32,000 nucleotides of DNA from Candidatus Saccharimonadota bacterium (GTDB taxonomy: Bacteria; Pseudomonadota; Gammaproteobacteria; Enterobacterales; Enterobacteriaceae): assembly GCF_023585745.1 (NCBI RefSeq), contig NZ_CP097762.1:210001-242000 (forward strand), given 5' to 3'. The notes beneath the pieces are model-generated. The model saw nothing but the letters and a program-made list of their open reading frames with translations, was not told the DNA's origin and did no database searches. The position numbers and the translations under genes were made by a program. This document shows positions 10,231 to 20,315 of this stretch, in pieces (the stretch's first letter is position 1; every line of letters begins with the position of its first letter).

Positions 10231-11229
10231 TCAGTTTAGAATAGAACCAGGAATAAACCAAGATTTATATGCATTTAAAATATCCCGAACGGGTAATTTT
10301 TTTTTTCCTGAAATTTGTAATACTGTAAGTTTTAAAATCCCCGATCCAGTTAATACATTAATACCATTGGAACTCACTTCCAATATAGTACCAGGCAATT
10401 TCTGATTAAAGAATGTTTCTGATTTACACTGGAAAAGAAAAGGAAATTTTTTTTGTTGTTGATTATAAATTTCAGCACTCCATACTCTTATACAAAAATT
10501 TTTGACATAAAAATAACTAACAGGCCAAGGGTTAAATGCACGAATATATCGGTCTAATTGTATTGCTGGAAATACCCAATGAATTCTTGCTTCTTGTTTA
10601 CAGATTTTATATGCATATGTAACTAAATTTGTATTTTGTACCGTAGGCTTACATACACCTAACACTAAATCTGCGATTACCTTTAATAACAATGACGATC
10701 CTAAACTCGCTAATTTATTAGATAAAGTATAAGTAGTATCAGTTGGCAAAATTTTACAAAATTCAGTTCTTAAAATATTACCCGTATCAATACCAGCATC
10801 CATTTGAATTATAGTTACTCCTGTAATTTTATCACCATATTCTAACGCGCGTTGAATGGGAGCTGGGCCCCGCCAACGCGGTAATAACGATCCATGTACG
10901 TTAATACAACCTAACTTAGGTATATTTAATATTGCTTGTGGTAAAATTAATCCATATGATACTACTACTATCAAATCTACAATATCTTTTTTTATAATTG
11001 ATAAAATATCAAAAACAGATAAATCATTAGATTCAAAAAATGGTATAGAATACTGCTGAGTAATTTTATATAAAGAAGGAAATAGCTGTTCCTTAGATGA
11101 TATTTTTTGACGTTGAGTAAAAACAGCTGTTATTTTGCATCCAGAAAAATTAACCAAAGCATACAAATGCTTTGCAGCAAAAACTGCAGTACCGAAAAAA
11201 ACAATACGTAAGAAACTTTTTTTTTCCAT
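10231..11229 (-). CDS. fmt: Methionyl-tRNA formyltransferase
   Basis: LRI.F.GT..FAA.HL.AL..VVSYGLILP.A.L..P.LGCINVHGSLLPRWRGPAPIQRAL..GD..TGVTI.QMD.G.DTG..LVTYA.K..K.EARI.W......L.R.IRAFNPWP matches E. coli Fmt. It lies downstream of def, as in E. coli. Confidence 0.96.
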   Translation of the reverse strand: MEKKSFLRIVFFGTAVFAAKHLYALVNFSGCKITAVFTQRQKISSKEQLFPSLYKITQQYSIPFFESNDLSVFDILSIIKKDIVDLIVVVSYGLILPQAILNIPKLGCINVHGSLLPRWRGPAPIQRALEYGDKITGVTIIQMDAGIDTGNILRTEFCKILPTDTTYTLSNKLASLGSSLLLKVIADLVLGVCKPTVQNTNLVTYAYKICKQEARIHWVFPAIQLDRYIRAFNPWPVSYFYVKNFCIRVWSAEIYNQQQKKFPFLFQCKSETFFNQKLPGTILEVSSNGINVLTGSGILKLTVLQISGKKKLPVRDILNAYKSWFIPGSILN

Positions 11230-11254
11230 AAAATTAATAATTTTAAATTAAATA

Positions 11255-11752
11255 TTAATTCTTTAAAGTAGTATCGATATTTTTATTGATATCGTTAATT
11301 TTGGATACAGGCAAATAATCAATAAACAATTTACCAAATAGATGATCAACTTCATGTTGAATACAAACTGCTAATAAATCACTAGCTTCTATTTCAAATT
11401 CATTACCATATTGATCTAATGATTGTACTATTATCTTTTTGGATCGAGTCACTGATTCATGTACTTGGGGTATTGATAAACAACTTTCTATAATGCTAAT
11501 TGTACCTGTCCTTTTCTTAATAATGGGATTTATAAAAACTAAACGTTCTTTTTTATTATTATAAAGATCAATAGTAATAATTTGCTTATGAATATTAATT
11601 TGTGTTGCAGCCAAACCAATTCCTTTTTTATGATACATAGTATCAAACATATCAGATATAACCTTTGCAATATCAGGAGATATTAATGTTACAGGATCCG
11701 CTATCTTCCTAAGTCGATAATCAGGATAATATAATATTTCTAATATAGACAT
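11255..11752 (-). CDS. def: Peptide deformylase
   Basis: LRK.A.PV..MY...GIGLAATQ..IH...I.ID......RLV.INP plus the metal-site motifs GIGLAATQ, E(S)CLS and QHEVDHL.GKLF.DYL. Confidence 0.96.
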   Translation of the reverse strand: MSILEILYYPDYRLRKIADPVTLISPDIAKVISDMFDTMYHKKGIGLAATQINIHKQIITIDLYNNKKERLVFINPIIKKRTGTISIIESCLSIPQVHESVTRSKKIIVQSLDQYGNEFEIEASDLLAVCIQHEVDHLFGKLFIDYLPVSKINDINKNIDTTLKN

Positions 11753-11947
11753 AAATAATTTTTAAATTCAATTAAAAAATAAATCTTTTTTGTTAATTTG
11801 TTTATATTTCTAATATAATTAGTGAAAATTGACTTTTTGATACTTAAAATATTTCTATAACAAAAATCCTATTTTTAATAAACTTGGATATTGAATCAAA
11901 AATTATTGTAACATACAATACCAAAAATATTTAAAAATATTAATGTA

Positions 11948-11976
11948 TTGAACACGCAATTTTATCTAACTATTAA
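11948..11976 (+). promoter_or_regulatory. Candidate sigma70 promoter for tsaC-aroE (TTGAAC-17 nt-TATTAA)
   Basis: TTGAAC at 11948-11953, an exact 17-nt spacer, then TATTAA at 11971-11976, about 38 nt upstream of the tsaC ATG. It lies in the 261-nt divergent def/tsaC spacer. AT-rich background makes -10-like hexamers common, so support is weak. Confidence 0.25.
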
Positions 11977-12013
11977 ACAACAATAATCATATTATGGTAA
12001 TACTATAGAAATA

Positions 12014-12577
12014 ATGATAAACATACCTAATATACAGCAGTTAATTACAAAATTAAAACAAGGCAAAACAATTATTTATCCAACAGAATCAGTGTTTGGA
12101 TTAGGATGCGATCCTGATTGTAAAATTGCAATATATAATTTATTAAAAATTAAAAAAAGATCCTGGAAAAAAGGTTTAATTTTAATTGCAGCAGATTATA
12201 CGCAATTAATTAGATATATAGATGATAGCAATTTAAGTAAAATACAAAAAGAAAGAGCTTTTTCGACTTGGCCGGGTCCAATAACCTGGGTTTTTCCGGC
12301 GCGTATTAATAACTGTTCCCATTGGTTAACGGGAAAATTTTCTTCTTTAGCTATACGAATCACTTGTTTTGAACCAATTAAACATTTATGTTTAGAATTC
12401 GGAAAACCTCTAGTATCTACTAGTGCTAATTTATCTGGTTATCCTCCTGCAAAAACGTTAAAAGAAGTGTACAAACAATTCGGATATAAAATACCTATAA
12501 TGCATAAAAATGTGTTGGGTAGACCCAATCCCTCAGAAATTAGAGATGTTATAACAGGTAAATTAATTCGTAAGTAA
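12014..12577 (+). CDS. tsaC: Threonylcarbamoyl-AMP synthase (YrdC/TsaC)
   Basis: I.YPTE.VFG.GCDPD...A...LL..K.R...KGLILIAA.Y.QL..YIDD..WPGP.T.VFPA......WLTG.F.SLA.R.T..GKPLVSTSANLSG.PP..T..EV..NPSEIRD..TG.L.R matches E. coli TsaC. Confidence 0.94.
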   Translation: MINIPNIQQLITKLKQGKTIIYPTESVFGLGCDPDCKIAIYNLLKIKKRSWKKGLILIAADYTQLIRYIDDSNLSKIQKERAFSTWPGPITWVFPARINNCSHWLTGKFSSLAIRITCFEPIKHLCLEFGKPLVSTSANLSGYPPAKTLKEVYKQFGYKIPIMHKNVLGRPNPSEIRDVITGKLIRK

Positions 12578-12607
12578 AACAATTTAATTTATTAAGGAAA
12601 TAAACAA

Positions 12608-13489
12608 ATGGTATCTTTTGCCGTTTTTGGTAATCCAATTAAACACAGTAAATCAGCAGAAATTTATGCATTATTTGCAAAAGAAATTGGAATATCACAA
12701 CAATATAATTTATATTTAGCATCGAAAAATAATTTTCATTATCTATTAAATAATTTTTTTAAATCCGATGGATTAGGAGCTAACATCACTGCTCCATTTA
12801 AAGAACAAGCATATTTCTTATGTAATAAATTAACTAAAAGAGCTAAAATAGCTTGTTCTGTTAATACAATAAAAAAAATAAAAAATAATATTTTACTAGG
12901 TGATAATACTGATGGAATTGGGTTAATTAGTGATTTTAAACGTCTTAATTGGATAAATAAAAGCAATAATCATTTTGACATCACAGAAACCAACGAAATG
13001 ACTGCAAACATATTATTAATAGGTGCTGGAGGCGCGTCCAAAGGTATTATACCTGTGCTATTAACACACATAGCAACAGGATATCATATACATGTAGTGA
13101 ACAGAACCTTCTCTACAGCAGAAAAATTAGTAAATTTGTATTATAATTTGGGATGGAAAAATATATCATGTATACCGTTAAATAAATTATTTTTTGATAT
13201 AAACACAAAATATAGTTTAATTATTAATGCTACTACTAGTAGTGTTAATAACTCTGTTCCAGAAATACCACCATTTGTTATTAATCCTACAACAAAATGT
13301 TATGATTTATTTTATCAGAGTCAAGATACATCATTTATAACATGGTGCAAAAGACATGGAGCAAAATATTGTTCAGATGGATTAGGTATGCTAGTAGAAC
13401 AAGCGGCTCATGCATTCTTCTTATGGCATAACATATTACCTAATACAAATTCTGTAATACATTATTTACGATCCTCAATGCAAATATAA
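12608..13489 (+). CDS. aroE: Shikimate 5-dehydrogenase
   Basis: AVFGNPI.HSKS..I...FA....GANIT.PFKE.A......LT.RA..A..VNT......LLGDNTDG.GL.SD..RL..LLIGAGGAS.G..NAT.S......DGLGMLV.QAAHAF.LWH..LP matches E. coli AroE. It follows tsaC, as in E. coli. Confidence 0.94.
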   Translation: MVSFAVFGNPIKHSKSAEIYALFAKEIGISQQYNLYLASKNNFHYLLNNFFKSDGLGANITAPFKEQAYFLCNKLTKRAKIACSVNTIKKIKNNILLGDNTDGIGLISDFKRLNWINKSNNHFDITETNEMTANILLIGAGGASKGIIPVLLTHIATGYHIHVVNRTFSTAEKLVNLYYNLGWKNISCIPLNKLFFDINTKYSLIINATTSSVNNSVPEIPPFVINPTTKCYDLFYQSQDTSFITWCKRHGAKYCSDGLGMLVEQAAHAFFLWHNILPNTNSVIHYLRSSMQI

Positions 13490-13597
13490 AATACATTATT
13501 TAAATTAAATTACTTTACTTTTTATAATATTTCTAATACAATCCAAATGTATTCGATATATTAGAATACTATATTTAATAGTATTAAATAATAAATA

Positions 13598-13721
13598 TAC
13601 CTGGCAACATCAGCGCGATAGAACCACCTGATAATACCCATTCCGAACTCAGAAGTGAAATGTCGTAGTACCGATGGTAGTGTGAGGATTCCTCATGTGA
13701 GAGTAGGGGGTTGCCAGGTAA
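13598..13721 (+). rRNA. rrf: 5S ribosomal RNA (solitary, no adjacent 23S)
   Basis: TACCTGGCAACATCAGCGCGATAGAACCACCTGATAATACCCATTCCGAACTCAGAAGTGAAATGTCGTAGTACCGATGGTAGTGTGAGGATTCCTCATGTGAGAGTAGGGGGTTGCCAGGTAA aligns end to end with E. coli 5S. The CCGAACTCAGAAGTGAAA and CCGATGGTAGTGTG cores are kept. Helix I (13598-13608 with 13710-13720) is preserved with a compensatory G-C to A-T change. It is a local GC-rich island in AT-rich spacer. Ends are accurate to about 2 nt. Confidence 0.92.
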
Positions 13722-13904
13722 TTAAATATTTAAATTTATTATAAATAAATTGTAATTTCTTACACGATAAACATAATAATATTATTTATAGAACAAAATT
13801 ATTTTCCTTAATTAATCACATCAAATATAAATATATTTGATCCAATCAATATATTTGAAATATATTAAACCTTATAATTTTTACAAAATTACTAAATAAA
13901 TTTT

Positions 13905-14663
13905 TTAAAACATATCTTTTTTTTTACGCAATTCAGCGAATATTTTCCATGTTTCTTTTGAATATAAAGGAGATGAAAATCCATGTCTGATACATGGACT
14001 ATTGCAAAGAAAAAATGGATTTATTTGCAATTCTAAAGCTAATCGGCTAGGAACAGTAGGTGTATTATATTTTCTAAGTTTTATTATTTTTTTATGATAA
14101 TCAATTAAACTTCTATTTCTTGGTAAAACAGTGATAGCAAAATTAATATTAGACAATGTATATTCGTGTCCACTAAAAATTAAAGTGTCTCCTGGTAAAC
14201 AACGAATCTTTTCTAAAGATTCATACATATACCGCATAAAACCTGTACACACCTTACCACAACCTACAGAAAATACCGTATCTCCACAAAATAACCATGG
14301 AATACTATAAAAACCAATATGACCAATTGTATGACCTGGAAAATTAAATACTTTAAATTTTCTTTGCAACTGTACAATATAATCTCCTTCTGAAACTACA
14401 ATAAAATTAACATTATTATTTCTAGTTTCTTCAGGTCCATAAACAATAACATTAGGAAAATATTTAACCAAATGATCAACTCCAGCAATATGATCAAAAT
14501 GGTTATGAGTTAAAAAAATAGCTTTTAATATAATCTGTAATTTCTTTAAAATCTTTAATACTACTAACGCGTCTCCAGGATCTATCACTATAGATTCACT
14601 ATTATTATGTAATAACCAAATATAATTAGTACTTAATGCCGTAATGCCAATTACATTTATCAT
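13905..14663 (-). CDS. gloB: Hydroxyacylglutathione hydrolase (glyoxalase II)
   Basis: NYIW.L......IDPGDA..V........AIFLTH.H.DH..GV..L...FP...VYGP.ET..PGHT.GHI......FCGDT.FS.GCG......M..SL.K...LP.DTL....HEYTLSN..FA matches E. coli GloB, including the THxHxDH metallo-beta-lactamase motif. Confidence 0.94.
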   Translation of the reverse strand: MINVIGITALSTNYIWLLHNNSESIVIDPGDALVVLKILKKLQIILKAIFLTHNHFDHIAGVDHLVKYFPNVIVYGPEETRNNNVNFIVVSEGDYIVQLQRKFKVFNFPGHTIGHIGFYSIPWLFCGDTVFSVGCGKVCTGFMRYMYESLEKIRCLPGDTLIFSGHEYTLSNINFAITVLPRNRSLIDYHKKIIKLRKYNTPTVPSRLALELQINPFFLCNSPCIRHGFSSPLYSKETWKIFAELRKKKDMF

Positions 14664-14771
14664 TTAATTTACTTAATTACTAATTAATCTGCGAAAATAG
14701 ATATATTTTATCATTAAAATCAACAAATAATGTTAAAATTTCAATGTAATCAAGACCTTTCCTATATTGTA

Positions 14772-15227
14772 TTAATACATATCTTCATTAATAGGATATT
14801 TTGCAGCTAATCTCGCTAATTGATCGCATCGTTCATTATCAGGATGCCCAATATGACTTTTTAACCAATTCCATTGAACAATATCATGTGATTGTATCGC
14901 TATATCTAAACGTTTCCATAAATCAATATTTTTTACTAATTTCTCTTCAGAATTTTTCCATTGATGTTTTTTCCAAGCATGAATCCATTGTGTTATACCG
15001 TTACATACATATCGACTATCAGTATATAATGTAATTTGACAAGAATTTTTTAGGGATTCTAAAGCAATAATAGCTGCCATTAATTCCATACGATTATTAG
15101 TAGTTAATTTATATCCAATACTAAATTCTTTTCTATATTGTTTATATATTAATATTGCGGCACATCCACCAGGACCTGGATTACCGATACATGATCCATC
15201 AGTAAAAATCTCTATTTTTTTACACAT
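14772..15227 (-). CDS. rnhA: Ribonuclease HI
   Basis: [20 protein letters not shown].....[22 protein letters not shown]...L.TDS.YV..GITQWIH.WKK..WK......VKN.DLW.RLD......W.W.K.H.GHP.NERCD.LAR.AA matches E. coli RNase HI. It is divergent from dnaQ, as in E. coli. Confidence 0.96.
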   Translation of the reverse strand: MCKKIEIFTDGSCIGNPGPGGCAAILIYKQYRKEFSIGYKLTTNNRMELMAAIIALESLKNSCQITLYTDSRYVCNGITQWIHAWKKHQWKNSEEKLVKNIDLWKRLDIAIQSHDIVQWNWLKSHIGHPDNERCDQLARLAAKYPINEDMY

Positions 15228-15289
15228 TTATAATGTATATCATAATATAATATAAATTAAAATAAATTAATTTAATATAAATTAAATCT
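15228..15289. promoter_or_regulatory. Divergent rnhA / dnaQ promoter region
   Basis: This 62-nt spacer lies between two divergently oriented first genes, so at least the core promoters must lie in or immediately around it. It contains plus-strand TATAAT hexamers at 15229-15234 and 15246-15251. The rnhA-dnaQ divergent overlapping-promoter arrangement is known from E. coli. I cannot assign exact -35/-10 pairs. Confidence 0.4.
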
Positions 15290-16039
15290 ATGATTATTAA
15301 TACAAAAAGACAAGTTATTTTAGATACTGAAACTACTGGAATGAACAAATTTGGTGCACATTATACAGGACATAGAATTATTGAAATTGGAGCAGTCGAA
15401 ATAATAAATCGTCGTATAACTAATAAAAAATTTCATACATATCTTAATCCAAATCGCACAATTGATATGGCAGCTTTTCAAATACACGGAATTAGTGATC
15501 AATTTTTAATCAATAAACCTAATTTCTCAGAAATAAAAGAAAATTTTTTAACATTTATTAAAAATAGCGAATTAATTATTCATAATGCATTGTTTGATAT
15601 AGGATTTCTCAATCAAGAATTAAAAATTTGCGACAAAAATACAAAAAATATAGAGCATTACTGCACTATAATTGACAGTTTAAAAGTAGCTCGTAAAAAA
15701 TTTCCAGGACAACGCAATAGTTTAGATGCATTGTGTGAACGCTATCGCATCAGCAATATACGAAAAAACTTGCATAGCGCATTAGTTGACGCAGAAACTT
15801 TAGCCAATGTATTTTTATGTATGAATGAAAAACAAATTGAAATAAATTTCACTGAAAATATTCATGAAAATGCAGAAAATAATAATGAAAAAAACTTTAA
15901 AACAACAAATACTGTAATAAAGTCACCCAAAATCACTCCATTAAAGATTATCTACGCTGATGAAAAAGAAAAATTAAACCATGAAAATTATTTAGATGAT
16001 ATGCAAAAAATACATAAATGTTGCATCTGGAGAGAGTGA
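15290..16039 (+). CDS. dnaQ: DNA polymerase III subunit epsilon (3'-5' proofreading exonuclease)
   Basis: RQ..LDTETTGMN..GAHY.GH.IIEIGAVE..NRR.T...FH.YL.P.R......F..HGI.D.FL..KP.F.E..L.IHNA.FDIGF......F.GKRNSLDALC.RY.I.N..R.LH.AL.DA..LA.V.L matches E. coli DnaQ. The Exo I (DTETTG), Exo II (HNALFD) and Exo III-epsilon (HSALVDA) motifs are intact. Confidence 0.95.
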   Translation: MIINTKRQVILDTETTGMNKFGAHYTGHRIIEIGAVEIINRRITNKKFHTYLNPNRTIDMAAFQIHGISDQFLINKPNFSEIKENFLTFIKNSELIIHNALFDIGFLNQELKICDKNTKNIEHYCTIIDSLKVARKKFPGQRNSLDALCERYRISNIRKNLHSALVDAETLANVFLCMNEKQIEINFTENIHENAENNNEKNFKTTNTVIKSPKITPLKIIYADEKEKLNHENYLDDMQKIHKCCIWRE

Positions 16040-16188
16040 AAATTTCATATTAAACAATGTTGATTTAATATTACAAACTGGTTACAATGAATCTTATAGA
16101 TTTCGTTGTCTTATACAATTAAATTAATAAATATGTTTTTTTGTCAAAATAGTTTATCTCTAGACAGTATGTTACTTATTATTAACTA

Positions 16189-16806
16189 ATGAGGTTTATT
16201 GTGTATCATGATTTAATTTATAATGAATTTGGCTTAACTATAAAAATAATACAACAATTTTCTGATATCCCAGATAATATTAATGTATTAATATCATCAG
16301 CAAAACTTATTGCTAATGCCTTTAAAAAAGGAGGCAAGGCATTATCATGTGGTAATGGCGGATCACATTGCAATGCTATGCATTTTGCTGAAGAATTAAC
16401 TGGACGTTATAGAAATAACCGTTCTGGCTACGCAGCAATAGCAATTTCTGATCCATCATATTTATCATGTGTCAGTAATGATTTTGGTTATGAACATGTT
16501 TTTTCTAGATATATTGAATCTGTTGGGAATAAAGAAGATATACTGCTAGCTATCTCTACCTCTGGAGATTCAATTAATATTTTAAATGCCATAAAATCAG
16601 CACATAATAAAAAAATGAAGACAATTTTTTTAACAGGAAAAAAAAATAAAGAAAATAATTTTTTAAAATATGTAAACCATATAATTTATATGCCACACGC
16701 AAGTTATCTGGATCATATTCAAGAAGTTCACATTAAAATAATTCATTTGCTTATTCTGATTATTGAAAAAGAAATGTCAACTAAAGCAATAAATATTGCT
16801 ATATAA
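16189..16806 (+). CDS. gmhA: Phosphoheptose isomerase (sedoheptulose-7-phosphate isomerase)
   Basis: GGK.LSCGNGGSHC.AMHFAEELTGRYR.NR.GY.AIAISD.S..SCV.NDFG....FSRY.E.VG...D.LL.ISTSG.S.N...AI..A....MK.I.LTGK..IQE.HIK.IH.LI..IEKEM matches E. coli GmhA. The start is ambiguous. ATG 16189 gives the longest ORF. GTG 16201 is preceded by TGAGG at 16190-16194 and aligns exactly with the E. coli N-terminus (MYQDLI vs VYHDLI). Confidence 0.93.
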   Translation: MRFIVYHDLIYNEFGLTIKIIQQFSDIPDNINVLISSAKLIANAFKKGGKALSCGNGGSHCNAMHFAEELTGRYRNNRSGYAAIAISDPSYLSCVSNDFGYEHVFSRYIESVGNKEDILLAISTSGDSINILNAIKSAHNKKMKTIFLTGKKNKENNFLKYVNHIIYMPHASYLDHIQEVHIKIIHLLILIIEKEMSTKAINIAI

Positions 16807-16999
16807 ATACGTATAGTGTCTTAGTTTCTAACTACTAGAATCCTATGAAGAGATACAGCAAGAAACGTTTTATTTGTTTATAATTTCAGAATTTTATAAA
16901 AAAATCTCAAGTATAATGAGTTTAGGTACAAGAATCGGTATTGGTATATATAAGAAATCATTTAAATATTATTTTAATATGCTAAAATCATCACAATAT

Positions 17000-17072
17000 G
17001 CCGATATAACTCACAAGGTAGAGTAGCGCATTCGTAATGCGAAGGGTATAGGTTCGAATCCTATTATCGGCA
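17000..17072 (+). tRNA. thrW: tRNA-Thr, anticodon CGU; 3' CCA not encoded
   Basis: It folds by hand into a cloverleaf. Acceptor stem GCCGATA/TATCGGC (7 bp), D stem ACTC/GAGT, anticodon stem GCGCA/TGCGA with loop TTCGTAA (anticodon CGT), T arm ATAGG-TTCGAAT-CCTAT, discriminator A. It is nearly identical to the E. coli tRNA-Thr(CGU) sequence as I recall it. It is followed by TTTTTATC rather than CCA. Confidence 0.93.
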
Positions 17073-17209
17073 TTTTTATCAATTCATAATATATATATTA
17101 TGATAACTAGTTCCATTTATTATTTGAATGTCCATTTAAAACCACTCAAATAAACCTCCTAAAACATTCTATCTAAAAAATCTAATAAATGATTATTATC
17201 TTCTATTAA

Positions 17210-17812
17210 TTAGAGTTGAGAAAAATTCTCAGATAGATACTGTTCTACACTTTTTTGTGATGCTTTTAGGCCTGATTTGCCTCTATTCCATTGTGCAGGG
17301 CATAATAAACCATGACTCTCATGAAATTTTAATGCATCTACCATACGAATCATTTCATCAAAATTTCTACCAAACGGTAAATCATTTATTACTTGATGAC
17401 GTACTACTCCTAGTTTATCAATTAAAAATGACGCACGCAACGCTATTCCCTGTTCTGGATGTGCTATTCCATAAGATTTAATAATTTCGCGTTTTGTATC
17501 AGACACCATAATAAATCGTACAGATCCTATGCCTCCTTTATTAACTGGGGTTTGTCTCCAAGCGCTATGAACAAATACCGAATCTACAGAAATCCCAATA
17601 ACCTCTATATTCCGGTTTTTCCATTCTAAATAACGTTTATCACAGGATATCAATTCTGAGGGGCAAACAAAAGTAAAATCCATAGGCCAAAAAAACACTA
17701 CTGCTTCCTTATTATTAATATAATTTAATAAATTAAAATTATCCGTAATTTCTCCGTTTTCTAATACAGCAGAAGCTGTAAAATCAGGAGCACGCCGACT
17801 TACTAAAATCAT
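17210..17812 (-). CDS. ahpC: Typical 2-Cys peroxiredoxin (AhpC/TsaA-type alkyl hydroperoxide reductase, ~200 aa)
   Basis: RAPDFTASAVL.NGEI...FNL..Y.....VVFFWPMDFTFVCPSEL (peroxidatic Cys) ..GGIG......VSD....I...YG...P..GIALRASFLID..G.VRHQV.NDLPFGRN.DEM.RMVDAL.FHE.HG..CPAQW (resolving Cys). I chose ATG 17812, which lies 5 nt after GAGGA. The track start at 17824 is the TTG of that same TTGAGGA. Confidence 0.92.
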   Translation of the reverse strand: MILVSRRAPDFTASAVLENGEITDNFNLLNYINNKEAVVFFWPMDFTFVCPSELISCDKRYLEWKNRNIEVIGISVDSVFVHSAWRQTPVNKGGIGSVRFIMVSDTKREIIKSYGIAHPEQGIALRASFLIDKLGVVRHQVINDLPFGRNFDEMIRMVDALKFHESHGLLCPAQWNRGKSGLKASQKSVEQYLSENFSQL

Positions 17813-19919
<2,107 letters not shown>

Positions 19920-19973
19920 TTAAACTATTTTATGTATTAATAAAATATTCCCACAATAGGAGAAATTTAAAAT

Positions 19974-20315
19974 ATGTTTATTCATAATGCTTGGGCTCAA
20001 ACTAATGCAGACATACAAAACAATCCATATTCATTAATAATTATGTTAATAGTATTTGCTGGTATATTTTATTTTATGATTTTTAGACCCCAGCAAAAAC
20101 GTACTAAAAATCATAAAGAGTTATTAAATTCCATTGCTAAAGGTGACGAAATATTAACAAACGGTGGATTAGTAGGACGCGTTATTAAAGTTACAGAAAC
20201 AGGTTATATTTTCATTATTCTTAATGAAAAAAATAATGTTAATGGTAATGAAATTCTTATTAAAAAAGATTGTGTCACAACTATTCTTCCTAAAGGCACA
20301 ATGAAATCATTATAG
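19974..20315 (+). CDS. yajC: Preprotein translocase accessory subunit YajC
   Basis: L.IMLIVF.GIFYFMI.RPQQKRTK.HK.L..SIAKGDE.LTNGGLVGRV.KV.E.GYI.I.LN......I.KD.V...LPKGTMK.L matches E. coli YajC. An AGGAG SD sits at 19959-19963. It lies immediately after tgt, as in E. coli. Confidence 0.94.
   Translation: MFIHNAWAQTNADIQNNPYSLIIMLIVFAGIFYFMIFRPQQKRTKNHKELLNSIAKGDEILTNGGLVGRVIKVTETGYIFIILNEKNNVNGNEILIKKDCVTTILPKGTMKSL

Noticed and set aside
16807-17209. tRNA-Thr (the thrW equivalent) as a possible genomic-island or prophage integration site, as thrW is in E. coli.
   Set aside because: There is no integrase, no other accessory ORF, and no direct repeat of the tRNA 3' end in the flanks. The flanks are short AT-rich spacers bounded by gmhA and ahpC.
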